A stretch of DNA of 64,000 nucleotides from NCBI GenBank assembly GCA_963972425.1, contig CAXAUF010000010.1:3013-67012 (forward strand). The letters are read 5' to 3'. A model generated the notes under the pieces. That model did not search any database, was not told the DNA's origin, and saw nothing but the letters and a program-made list of their open reading frames with translations. Positions 36,895 to 45,614 of the stretch are shown piece after piece. Both the position numbers and the translations under genes were made by a program. Each line of letters starts with the position of its first letter. The stretch's first letter is position 1. The DNA comes from an uncultured Flavobacteriaceae bacterium (lineage in GTDB: Bacteria > Bacteroidota > Bacteroidia > Flavobacteriales > Flavobacteriaceae).

Positions 36895-37325
36895 TGTTCT
36901 ATATTATTACGTTTTGGTAATCCGTAATTAATTCTATACCAAGCGCGTTCATGAAAGTAATACAATAACATTTTAGTAATAACTTCGGCAAATCCTATCT
37001 TTAATGCAGCTAATGGATCGCCCGAAATTATCCATGCTAACGTCATGGTATCTAAAGTACCAACCAATCGCCAAGTAACTGTTTTTGCTAAATGCCGCTT
37101 TCTACTCTCAAGTGTTTCACCATCTTTTGTTAAGTTTATTTTATACCAAACACGTTCGTGCATATAATATAAAATAGTTTTAGTAGTAACTTCTGCAAGC
37201 CCAATTTTTAAACCTGCATACGGATCACCTGTAACAATCCACGATAATATAATGGTATCTATAGTTCCTATAAACCGCCAGGTAATTGTTTTAGCAATAT
37301 GTCTTTTATAAGATAAGTCTCCCAT
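36891..37325 (-). CDS. DUF2061-type membrane protein, internal tandem duplication
   Basis: 144 aa made of two homologous halves: KRHIAKTITWRFIGTIDTIILSWIVTGDPYAGLKIGLAEVTTKTILYYMHERVWYKI and KRHLAKTVTWRLVGTLDTMTLAWIISGDPLAALKIGFAEVITKMLLYYFHERAWYRI. It has an ATGA overlap with cysC. Confidence 0.6.
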   Translation of the reverse strand: MGDLSYKRHIAKTITWRFIGTIDTIILSWIVTGDPYAGLKIGLAEVTTKTILYYMHERVWYKINLTKDGETLESRKRHLAKTVTWRLVGTLDTMTLAWIISGDPLAALKIGFAEVITKMLLYYFHERAWYRINYGLPKRNNIEQ

Positions 37326-38134
37326 TACTTACTTACTAAAAAATAACTATTCAGTAAATTCTCTTTATTGTAAGCTAACGGTTTATTCGTTTCTTTTGAA
37401 ATAACTTGTAGTCCAACGGCATTACATATAGCATGTCCTGCAGCCGTATCCCATTCCATAGTTGGTGCATAACGCGGATACACATCAGCTTCACCTTCAG
37501 CTACTAAACAAAATTTTAAGGAGCTACCTTTAGAAACAATCTCAACCTCTTTTCCTTCTGCTATTAAGCAATCTACAAAATCCAAAGTATCCTGATTCAT
37601 GTGCGATCGGCTTCCAACCACTTGAACCAAATTCGCATTAGCCTTTTTTGCCTGAATTGGTTTTGAAATTTGTAAAACCTTATCAACTGTAATGTCATGA
37701 GATTCCAAATCTGCCTTAAATGCTTCATTTGTATCTACATTTGCAAAATATAAGGTCTTGGTTGCAGGCACATAAATAACACCTAAAACAGGGTTTCCGT
37801 TTTTAACCAACGCAATATTAACCGTAAATTCTCCATTGCGTTTAATAAACTCCTTGGTGCCATCAACAGGATCTACAATCCAACAGGTTGCCCAATTTTT
37901 CCTTTCAGAATAATCGGTTTGCTTATTCTCTTCAGAAATGATAGGTATTTGAGTTGGTATTAAAAATGTATTAATAATATCATTCGCTTTTTTATCTGCC
38001 TCTGTTAAAGGTGATTTATCATCTTTAATTTCAACAGAAAAAACAGTATCATAAACATCCATAATAACTTTTCCAGCTTGAAGTGATGCCTCTATTGCTA
38101 TTCTTAATTCACTCACTATCATTTTCTTTATCAA
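37325..38134 (-). CDS. cysQ: 3'(2'),5'-bisphosphate nucleotidase
   Basis: Inositol-monophosphatase-fold motifs SEE, WIVDPVDGTKEF and WDTAAG. Confidence 0.88.
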   Translation of the reverse strand: MIKKMIVSELRIAIEASLQAGKVIMDVYDTVFSVEIKDDKSPLTEADKKANDIINTFLIPTQIPIISEENKQTDYSERKNWATCWIVDPVDGTKEFIKRNGEFTVNIALVKNGNPVLGVIYVPATKTLYFANVDTNEAFKADLESHDITVDKVLQISKPIQAKKANANLVQVVGSRSHMNQDTLDFVDCLIAEGKEVEIVSKGSSLKFCLVAEGEADVYPRYAPTMEWDTAAGHAICNAVGLQVISKETNKPLAYNKENLLNSYFLVSK

Positions 38135-38153
38135 ATTAGTTTACAAAACTAAA

Positions 38154-38161
38154 CAATTTAA
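38154..38161 (-). promoter_or_regulatory. Candidate -7 box TAGTTTTG for the cysQ...wzx operon
   Basis: Plus-strand caaaacta is the reverse complement. It lies 20 nt upstream of the cysQ ATG (38134). Confidence 0.35.
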
Positions 38162-38209
38162 ATAATTGAAGTGTTTTACCCATAATTAATTTAAATATAT
38201 ACTATAAAT

Positions 38210-39088
38210 TTGCTAAAGACTAAAACAGTTTTTTTGAAAAAGAAAAATATCTTATACTTATTGGGTTCAGGTAGAAGTGGCACCACCCTTTTAGCAACCA
38301 TTCTGAATAGTACCAATGATATATCTACAACAGGAGAATTACATCAATTTTATACGTATTTACAAAACAAATCTTCCTGTTCATGTGGTGCGCTTCTTAA
38401 CGAATGTAAATTTTGGAGACTGGTGGTAAAAGATATGGATTTAAGTAAAGATGAAATCCAAAATTTCCAAAAAAGACAGAACAACGAAGAAGGGCATCGG
38501 TATATTCCATCCATTATTCTGGGCAGAAAAGCTAGTGAAGATTATATCCTATCACAAGAAAACCTCTTTAATTCTATCGAAAATCATACCACTAAAAAAT
38601 GGGTTTTAGACTCATCAAAGTATATTGGACGATTTTTATTATTAAAACAAATGCCAAGCCTAAAGTTAAAAGGTATTTATGTGATAAGAGATGTTAGAGG
38701 CGTTATAAACTCATTTAACAAACAGGTCCAAACGCCCAGAAAACCGATTAGTACTATTTTATATTATATATTAACTAATTGCTTTGGACAATTGGTTTGT
38801 TGGATGAATAAAGATGTCATAAAGGTAAAATATGAAGATTTTATTGATAATCCTCATGAACATGTACAACGAATTTACAATATTCTTTTAGATCAGAACC
38901 ATAATGATGATGCTCTTAATGATGTATTTCAAATGCCTCATATTATTGGAGGCAATAGATTAAAAAGCAGTAAAACCATTAAAATTAAAAAAGATACGGC
39001 TTGGAAAACTACTATTTCCAGACCAAAACAAATACTGTATTATTTGTTATGTTTGCCTTTTATGCTGCTAAACCGCTATAAACTATAA
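38210..39088 (+). CDS. PAPS-dependent sulfotransferase
   Basis: 5'-phosphosulfate-binding loop LLGSGRSGTTLLATIL and a later IRDVRGVINS (3'-PB-like). There is no ATG before the P-loop. Candidate starts are TTG at 38210 or TTG at 38234. Confidence 0.8.
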   Translation: MLKTKTVFLKKKNILYLLGSGRSGTTLLATILNSTNDISTTGELHQFYTYLQNKSSCSCGALLNECKFWRLVVKDMDLSKDEIQNFQKRQNNEEGHRYIPSIILGRKASEDYILSQENLFNSIENHTTKKWVLDSSKYIGRFLLLKQMPSLKLKGIYVIRDVRGVINSFNKQVQTPRKPISTILYYILTNCFGQLVCWMNKDVIKVKYEDFIDNPHEHVQRIYNILLDQNHNDDALNDVFQMPHIIGGNRLKSSKTIKIKKDTAWKTTISRPKQILYYLLCLPFMLLNRYKL

Positions 39089-39091
39089 TTT

Positions 39092-40078
39092 ATGAAAATT
39101 TATATTACCCTTGATTATGAATTATTTTTTGGCTCGAAAAGTGGTGGTATTGATGATTGTATTATTAACCCAACAAACGAACTTCTTAAAATCGCGGATC
39201 CTCATCAAGTAAAGATTGTGTTTTTTGTCGATGTTGGTTATATTGATAAATTGAATGAGTTTAAGGGAAAATACCCAGAATTACAGCAAGACTATAAAAA
39301 AATTACCTCTCAAATAAAATCACTTTCAGAAAATGGCCATGGTATAGAATTGCATATTCATCCACATTGGGAAAATACCATTTATGATGGCGAAAAATGG
39401 ATTTTTAATACAAGCCAATACAAGCTTCAAGATTTTTCAAAAAAAGAAGCCTATGCCATTGTTACCAAATACACTGCTCTTTTAAATAGTATTTCTGGTA
39501 AAAAAGCGATAGCCTACAGAGCTGGTGGTTGGAGCGCTCAACCATTTTCATATATTTCACAGGCTTTAAAAGATTCTGGAATAGAAATAGATAGTACCAC
39601 GTACCCAAAAGGTTTTCACCAATCCAAGCATCAGGAATACGATTTTAGAAACGTAGCGCAATACAAAACTACATATAGATTTGAAAACGATTTAACGGTT
39701 GAAGAACCAAACGGTCACTTTACCGAATACCCAATTAGTTCTTACAGATTAAGCCCAGTTTTCTTTTGGCGTTTTGCTTTAGAAAAGATTAAGAAAGATA
39801 AAAAACATGTATCCTTTGGTAATGGCTCAGCTATTTCAAAGCCTAAAATAGAAGTGATAAAATTAATGACACGTTTTTCAAATAGTGTGGTATCTATTGA
39901 TGGTTACAAGGCGTCTTATATAGCAAAAGCGTTTAAAAAGTATATAAAAAATACAGATAATAAAGGACATTTCGTGCTCATTGGACACCCGAAAGCCTTT
40001 ACGCCTTATTCGTTACAAGAGACTAGAAAATTTATTGAAAACGTGCACAAAAACCATACGTTCAGTATATTTAAATAA
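39092..40078 (+). CDS. Polysaccharide deacetylase-like (CE4/NodB-fold-like) protein
   Basis: The N-terminal ITLDYELFFG and HGIELHIHPHWEN metal-binding-like motifs resemble deacetylase-superfamily proteins. The assignment is tentative. Confidence 0.45.
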   Translation: MKIYITLDYELFFGSKSGGIDDCIINPTNELLKIADPHQVKIVFFVDVGYIDKLNEFKGKYPELQQDYKKITSQIKSLSENGHGIELHIHPHWENTIYDGEKWIFNTSQYKLQDFSKKEAYAIVTKYTALLNSISGKKAIAYRAGGWSAQPFSYISQALKDSGIEIDSTTYPKGFHQSKHQEYDFRNVAQYKTTYRFENDLTVEEPNGHFTEYPISSYRLSPVFFWRFALEKIKKDKKHVSFGNGSAISKPKIEVIKLMTRFSNSVVSIDGYKASYIAKAFKKYIKNTDNKGHFVLIGHPKAFTPYSLQETRKFIENVHKNHTFSIFK

Positions 40079-40086
40079 GATTCATC

Positions 40087-40827
40087 CTATTTTTTTAGGC
40101 GTTCTTTAAAAACCAAGTATAAGAATTTAGAATTACCAACTAAATACCGTTTCCACATACGTTGCGGTTCTTGGGCAAATCTGTAAAACCATTCTAATCC
40201 GTTGTTTTGCATCCATAAAGGTGCTCTTTTTACTAAACCAGAAACTACGTCAAAACTACCACCAACTCCCATGGTGAAACTAACTTTGGATAAGTGTTCT
40301 TTATTTTGATATAAGAAATTTTCTTTTTTAGGTGAACTGATAGCAACAAATAATAATTGGGCTTCACTAGCTTCAATATCTTTCGCTATTTCTGGTTCTT
40401 CTTCTTTTGAAAAATAACCGTTTCTATAACCTGCAATCAGGTCTTTACTATATTTTTCTGAATAATGATTGACAACTTTTGAAACAATCTCTTCTTTAGC
40501 ACCTAAAAAATATACTTTATAGTTTTTTTTATGTGCTAATTCAATCAGATTCTCCATTAAATCTATTCCAGCAACACGCTCTTTTAAAGGTTTCCCTAAA
40601 ACTTTAGATGCCCATACTACAGCCATACCATCTGCATTTATAACATCGCAATTATTAACGCTTTCACGCAGTTCTGAATCTGTTTGCAAGGCTACAATCT
40701 TACCTGCATTTACCACTACGTGCTGCAATCTATTTCCAGATGAAATAGATTCATTAATCAGCATAACGGTTTCTTGCATGGTTAAATTATCAACCTGTGT
40801 ATTCAGAAACTTAACTCTTGAGGACAT
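40087..40827 (-). CDS. WecB/TagA/CpsF-family glycosyltransferase (GT26, ManNAc(A) transferase type)
   Basis: 246 aa with VINADGMAVVWA, KVYFLGA and GVGGSFD motifs typical of GT26. Confidence 0.85.
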   Translation of the reverse strand: MSSRVKFLNTQVDNLTMQETVMLINESISSGNRLQHVVVNAGKIVALQTDSELRESVNNCDVINADGMAVVWASKVLGKPLKERVAGIDLMENLIELAHKKNYKVYFLGAKEEIVSKVVNHYSEKYSKDLIAGYRNGYFSKEEEPEIAKDIEASEAQLLFVAISSPKKENFLYQNKEHLSKVSFTMGVGGSFDVVSGLVKRAPLWMQNNGLEWFYRFAQEPQRMWKRYLVGNSKFLYLVFKERLKK

Positions 40828-40840
40828 ATTTATTTTCTAT

Positions 40841-40874
40841 TAAAAAAGGATTATTCAAAATAAGAATAATCCTT
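40841..40874 (-). terminator. Rho-independent terminator after wecC
   Basis: An 11-bp stem aaggattattc / gaataatcctt with a 7-nt loop. On the minus strand it is followed by TTTTTTA. It begins 24 nt after the wecC stop. Confidence 0.7.
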
Positions 40875-40897
40875 GAATATTTATTTAAATCATGGCT

Positions 40898-42112
40898 TTA
40901 AGCCATAGCATTACAAAAATCTAAAACCACTTTATTACTGCCTATTTTTAACGTTTTAAATTCTTTATGCGCTACTAAAAATACAACAATATCAGCTTTT
41001 TCAGCTGCTTCCTTATAATCCGTAATTTTAAATACTTTATGTTCTTCAATATTTGGTTCTACAATAAAATACTCTTCATTGTTAGCGTTTTGAAGTACTT
41101 TTTGCGCTATGTATTTTGCAGGTGATTCTCTTAAATCATCAATATTGGGTTTAAAAGCTAATCCCATTAAGGCAATACTCGGTTTGCGTCCTTCTTTTAA
41201 TTCGAATGCTAATTTAGCGGTTTGTACTTTTTCAGCACACCAAAACGATTTGTAATTATTAATCTCTCTTGCCTTTCCTATAATTTGAGATTCCATAGGA
41301 TATTCAGCGACTATAAAATAAGGATCTACAGCAATGCAATGACCACCAACACCACAACCCGGTTGTAAAATATTAACCCTTGGGTGTTTATTAGCTAACG
41401 CTATAAGTTCCCAAACATTAATATCAGCTTTATCACAAATTAGCGATAACTCATTGGCAAAAGCAATTTGAACGTCACGAGAAGAATTTTCAACCAATTT
41501 ACACATTTCAGCCGTTCGTGCGTTTGTTCTGTGTAAATCGCCTTCTATAAAATCGCGATAAAAATCAATGGCTTTATCTGTCGATTTTTCATCAACACCA
41601 CCAATAACACGATCATTATGAACTAATTCATACATGACATTTCCTGGTAGAACGCGTTCTGGACAATAGGCAATATTAATTTTACCTTCTAATTCTGGTC
41701 TTTCAGAATAGATAAGCTGCATCATCTTCTCAGTTGTTCCTACTGGTGACGTAGATTCAATGATATATAAATCGTCTTCTTTTAACAAAGGTAAAACAGC
41801 TTTAGTTGCTGCTTCTACGAACGAAATATCTGGTTCGTTTTTAGCCTTAAATGGCGTAGGAACAACAATTAAATAGGTGTTTGCTTCAACAGGAGTCGTG
41901 GCTGCTTTTAAATAGCCATTTCCTACGGCTTCTGCTACTGCAGTATCTAATTCTGGTTCTACAATATGTATTTTTCCCGCATTGATAGTTTCTACCACTT
42001 TCGGGTTTATATCTACACCGTGAACGTATGTTTTATTTTTTGCTATTAATGCTGCTGTTGGTAGGCCTATATAACCCAAACCAATCATGACCACACTGGG
42101 AGTTTTACTCAT
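40898..42112 (-). CDS. wecC: UDP-N-acetyl-D-mannosamine dehydrogenase
   Basis: VMIGLGYIGLPTAA Rossmann fold, catalytic-Cys region GCGVGGHCIAVDP, and a position directly after wecB. Confidence 0.85.
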   Translation of the reverse strand: MSKTPSVVMIGLGYIGLPTAALIAKNKTYVHGVDINPKVVETINAGKIHIVEPELDTAVAEAVGNGYLKAATTPVEANTYLIVVPTPFKAKNEPDISFVEAATKAVLPLLKEDDLYIIESTSPVGTTEKMMQLIYSERPELEGKINIAYCPERVLPGNVMYELVHNDRVIGGVDEKSTDKAIDFYRDFIEGDLHRTNARTAEMCKLVENSSRDVQIAFANELSLICDKADINVWELIALANKHPRVNILQPGCGVGGHCIAVDPYFIVAEYPMESQIIGKAREINNYKSFWCAEKVQTAKLAFELKEGRKPSIALMGLAFKPNIDDLRESPAKYIAQKVLQNANNEEYFIVEPNIEEHKVFKITDYKEAAEKADIVVFLVAHKEFKTLKIGSNKVVLDFCNAMA

Positions 42113-42114
42113 AA

Positions 42115-43239
42115 TTATAACTTTGAAATAAATTCAATAATTCGTTGACAAGCCAGACCATCTCCATATGGATTATGCAACTTGCTCATTTTTGTATATG
42201 CGTCTGTACTATTTAATAGTCTATTAGCTTCCGTTACTATTTTATTGGTATCTGTACCAACTAAAAGTACCGTTCCTGCTTCTACGGCTTCTGGTCTTTC
42301 TGTTGTATCTCTCATAACCAATACAGGTTTCCCTAAACTTGGTGCTTCTTCCTGAACTCCTCCACTATCTGTAATAATAAGAAATGATTGACTCATTAAC
42401 CAAACAAATGATGGATATGAAAGTGGTGCAATTAATTTAATATTGTCAACGCCTTCTAAAAGCTCATAAACTGGCTTTTGTACTTTTGGATTTAGATGAA
42501 CTGGGTAAATAATTTGAACGTCAGGATTCTCTAATGCTATTTTTTTTAAGGCATTACAAATATTTATAAAACCTTGTCCATGATTTTCCCGTCTATGTCC
42601 TGTAACTAAAATAAGCCTTTTATCTGAATCTAGAAGTGCTCTCAATTCTTCAACTTCGTCATCAGAATAGGATGCTGAAGTTACTTTATTAGAGCTATAC
42701 TGAAGTGCATCAATAACCGTATTTCCAGTTACCAAAATAGAAGATTTATTAATGTTCTCATTCAATAAATTTTGTTCCGATGTTGTGGTTGGAGCAAAAT
42801 GATAATCTGAAACAGAACCTGCAATACTTCTATTTATTTCCTCTGGAAAAGGGGATCGTTTATTAAATGTTCTTAATCCGGCTTCAACATGACAGACTTT
42901 AGCGCCAGAATAAAAGGCTGCAATACTTGCTGCCATAGTGGTTGTTGTGTCACCATGAACATATACATAATCTGGTTTAAATTCTTCTAAAACGGGTTTT
43001 AAACTCGTAATAATATCAGCCGTTAATGTGTACAAATTTTGATTTGGCTTCATTAAATCTAAATCGAAGTCAGGTGTAATTTCAAAAAAAGATAAAACCT
43101 GATCTAACATTTCCCTATGCTGTGCCGTAATACAAACTTTAGTTTCAAAAGTATCCGAGTTTTTTAAAAACGCTTTAACTAAAGGCGCCATTTTAATGGC
43201 TTCTGGACGTGTTCCGAAAATGATTAGGTTTTTCTTCAT
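42115..43239 (-). CDS. wecB: UDP-N-acetylglucosamine 2-epimerase (non-hydrolysing)
   Basis: IFGTRPEAIKMAPL, HVEAGLRT and DSGGVQEEAPSLGKPVLVMR. Confidence 0.92.
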   Translation of the reverse strand: MKKNLIIFGTRPEAIKMAPLVKAFLKNSDTFETKVCITAQHREMLDQVLSFFEITPDFDLDLMKPNQNLYTLTADIITSLKPVLEEFKPDYVYVHGDTTTTMAASIAAFYSGAKVCHVEAGLRTFNKRSPFPEEINRSIAGSVSDYHFAPTTTSEQNLLNENINKSSILVTGNTVIDALQYSSNKVTSASYSDDEVEELRALLDSDKRLILVTGHRRENHGQGFINICNALKKIALENPDVQIIYPVHLNPKVQKPVYELLEGVDNIKLIAPLSYPSFVWLMSQSFLIITDSGGVQEEAPSLGKPVLVMRDTTERPEAVEAGTVLLVGTDTNKIVTEANRLLNSTDAYTKMSKLHNPYGDGLACQRIIEFISKL

Positions 43240-43281
43240 TCAATAACTTCTTATAAAATTCAATACAGTAATTAAAGTTAG

Positions 43282-43289
43282 CAAAAATA
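43282..43289 (-). promoter_or_regulatory. Candidate -7 box TATTTTTG for wecB-wecC
   Basis: Plus-strand caaaaata is the reverse complement. It lies about 43 nt upstream of the ATG at 43239, in the 109-bp gap after rfbD. Confidence 0.3.
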
Positions 43290-43348
43290 CCATAATAATT
43301 TGTTTATCCTATTTTAGACATTGAAGAATCTATTTGATGAACAGGTGT

Positions 43349-44209
43349 TTAAGTGTTTTGTAAACAGTTTTTTAGACTATTAAGCACAGGTTTTTTTTCT
43401 AATTTTAAATTATGAATCATTTTTGTTGAAGATAATACAGAATATAATGGTCTTTTAGCTGGTGTAAAATATCCCGATGTTGGTATTGGTTTGACTTTAA
43501 TCTCATTTTTTGTGAAACTAAAAATAGCTTTTGCAAATTCAAACCAACTTAAAATTCCTTGATTACAATAATGGTATAATCCGAATTGTTTGTTTTTACT
43601 TTTAATAATTTCTAAAACAACTTCTGCTAAATCTTTGGCATAAGTTGGACTGCCTATTTGATCATTTACAACACTTATTTCATCTTTTTCAGCACCTAAA
43701 CGCAACATGGTTTTTACAAAATTATTACCAAATTCAGAGTACAACCAAGATGTTCTAATTATAAAGTAATTATTTAAAGTTTGCTGAATATATCTTTCTC
43801 CTTGTAGTTTGGACGTGCCATAAACATTAATAGGATTGGGTTTATCCGTTTCTAAATAGGGTTCTCTTTTAAAACCATCAAACACAAAATCTGTAGAAAT
43901 ATGAATTAGAGTAACACCATATTTATCACAAGCTTCAGCTAAATTTTTAACAGCTGTTGCATTTATTAAAAATGCCTGTTCTTTTTCTTCTTCCGCTTTA
44001 TCAACAGCTGTATACGCTGCACAATTAATACAATACTGAAAGTTATTTGATTGGAAATATGTTTCTACTTGCTCTTGATTTGAAATATCTAAACTAGTTC
44101 TTGTTGTAAAAGTAAAATTGATTGACTCACTATTTTTAGTGTCACTAAATGCTGATATAGCTTTACCAAGCTGTCCATTAGAACCCGTAACTAATACATG
44201 TGTTTTCAT
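43349..44209 (-). CDS. rfbD: dTDP-4-dehydrorhamnose reductase
   Basis: VLVTGSNGQLG, YGTSKLQGE, and the last position of the rfbBACD string. Confidence 0.88.
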   Translation of the reverse strand: MKTHVLVTGSNGQLGKAISAFSDTKNSESINFTFTTRTSLDISNQEQVETYFQSNNFQYCINCAAYTAVDKAEEEKEQAFLINATAVKNLAEACDKYGVTLIHISTDFVFDGFKREPYLETDKPNPINVYGTSKLQGERYIQQTLNNYFIIRTSWLYSEFGNNFVKTMLRLGAEKDEISVVNDQIGSPTYAKDLAEVVLEIIKSKNKQFGLYHYCNQGILSWFEFAKAIFSFTKNEIKVKPIPTSGYFTPAKRPLYSVLSSTKMIHNLKLEKKPVLNSLKNCLQNT

Positions 44210-44751
44210 TTGAAAAAAGCCTCAAATGTTGGTAGCATTTTATCTTTATCAGACAAAAGTAATTCGTTTTCTGACAGCTGCCAATCAATATTTAACGTTG
44301 GATCGTTATAAATTATTCCAGCTTCGGATTCCTTGTTGTAATAATTATCACATTTATAAGCAAAAATAGCTGTGTCACTCAATACCACAAATCCATGGGC
44401 AAAACCACGTGGTAGAAAAAATTGTTTTTTATTATCTTCAGATAATTCTATAGTTTGATATTCCCCAAATGTTGATGAATCTTGTCTAACATCAACAGCA
44501 ATATCTAAAACACGTCCTTTTATAACTCGAACAAGTTTGGCTTGGGCAAAATTACCTGTTTGAAAATGTAGTCCGCGTAAAACGCCTTTACTAGAAAACG
44601 TTTCGTTGTCTTGAATAAAATTAACATGTTGACCAGTAGCTTCGAAAAAGCTTTTCTGATTAAAACTCTCAAAAAAATAGCCTCTTGGGTCCTGAAAAAC
44701 TTGTGGTTCCAGAATAAAGCAATCCTTTAATTTCGTTTCTGTAATTCCCAT
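44206..44751 (-). CDS. rfbC: dTDP-4-dehydrorhamnose 3,5-epimerase
   Basis: FQDPRGYFFESF, GLHFQ and PRGFAHGF cupin motifs. Confidence 0.92.
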   Translation of the reverse strand: MGITETKLKDCFILEPQVFQDPRGYFFESFNQKSFFEATGQHVNFIQDNETFSSKGVLRGLHFQTGNFAQAKLVRVIKGRVLDIAVDVRQDSSTFGEYQTIELSEDNKKQFFLPRGFAHGFVVLSDTAIFAYKCDNYYNKESEAGIIYNDPTLNIDWQLSENELLLSDKDKMLPTFEAFFK

Positions 44752-45614
44752 TATTTATTCAACATATCTAAAAGATTAATGCCATAACCACTTTTTAATA
44801 AGGGTTCAGCTAATGATCTAAACTGATCCTCTGAAATATAACCCATTTCAAAAGCAGCTGCTTCTATGGAGCCTATTTTTAAACCTTGACGTTGCTCTAT
44901 AACCTCAACAAATTGAGCAGCTTGCATAAGGGAATCAAAGGTTCCTGTGTCCAGCCAAGCTGTTCCTCTATCCAGTATACTAACACTTAATTTGCCTTGC
45001 TCTAAATAGGCTTTATTAACGTCCGTTATTTCTAACTCTCCTCGATGACTAGGTTTAATGTTTTTTGCGACTTCAATGACTGAATTATCATAAAAGTAAA
45101 TACCTGGAACGGCATAGTTAGATTTTGGTTTTTCAGGTTTTTCTTCAATAGACATAACTTGTCCTTCATCATTAAAATCGACCACACCATAACGCTCTGG
45201 GTCATTAACGCGATAGGCATAAATAATACCTCCATCGGGATTATTATTGCTCTGAAGTAATTTTGCCAAACCAGAACCATAGAAAATATTATCACCAAGT
45301 ATTAAGGCGACTTTATCTTTTTGAATAAAATTTTCGGCTATTAAAAACGCTTCAGCTAATCCATTTGGATGTTCTTGAACGGCATATTCAAAGGTGCAAC
45401 CAAACTTCTTTCCATCACCTAATAAATCTTTAAATAAAGGTAAATCTTTTGGTGTTGAAATAATGAGTATTTCATGTATTCCAGCATACATTAATGTTGA
45501 TAGTGGATAATAAATCATAGGTTTATCATAAACAGGCATAAGTTGTTTACTAACCGATAAGGTTAGTGGATGTAGCCGTGTTCCTGATCCGCCTGCTAGA
45601 ATAATCCCTTTCAT
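44751..45614 (-). CDS. rfbA: Glucose-1-phosphate thymidylyltransferase
   Basis: [18 protein letters not shown] and LGDNIFYG. Confidence 0.95.
   Translation of the reverse strand: MKGIILAGGSGTRLHPLTLSVSKQLMPVYDKPMIYYPLSTLMYAGIHEILIISTPKDLPLFKDLLGDGKKFGCTFEYAVQEHPNGLAEAFLIAENFIQKDKVALILGDNIFYGSGLAKLLQSNNNPDGGIIYAYRVNDPERYGVVDFNDEGQVMSIEEKPEKPKSNYAVPGIYFYDNSVIEVAKNIKPSHRGELEITDVNKAYLEQGKLSVSILDRGTAWLDTGTFDSLMQAAQFVEVIEQRQGLKIGSIEAAAFEMGYISEDQFRSLAEPLLKSGYGINLLDMLNK

Noticed and set aside
33548-38134. Reading cysDN-cysC-cysQ as the ordinary assimilatory sulfate-reduction operon
   Set aside because: There is no cysH, cysI or cysJ nearby. The genes are fused to glycan-modification genes and lie divergent to a sulfotransferase. 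Assimilation cannot be fully excluded without the rest of the genome.
25358-38209. Invertible-promoter (Bacteroides-style) phase-variation switches at the divergent promoter regions 25358-25408 and 38135-38209
   Set aside because: The spacers are only 51 and 75 bp, and I found no flanking inverted repeats of useful length. No recombinase gene is nearby.
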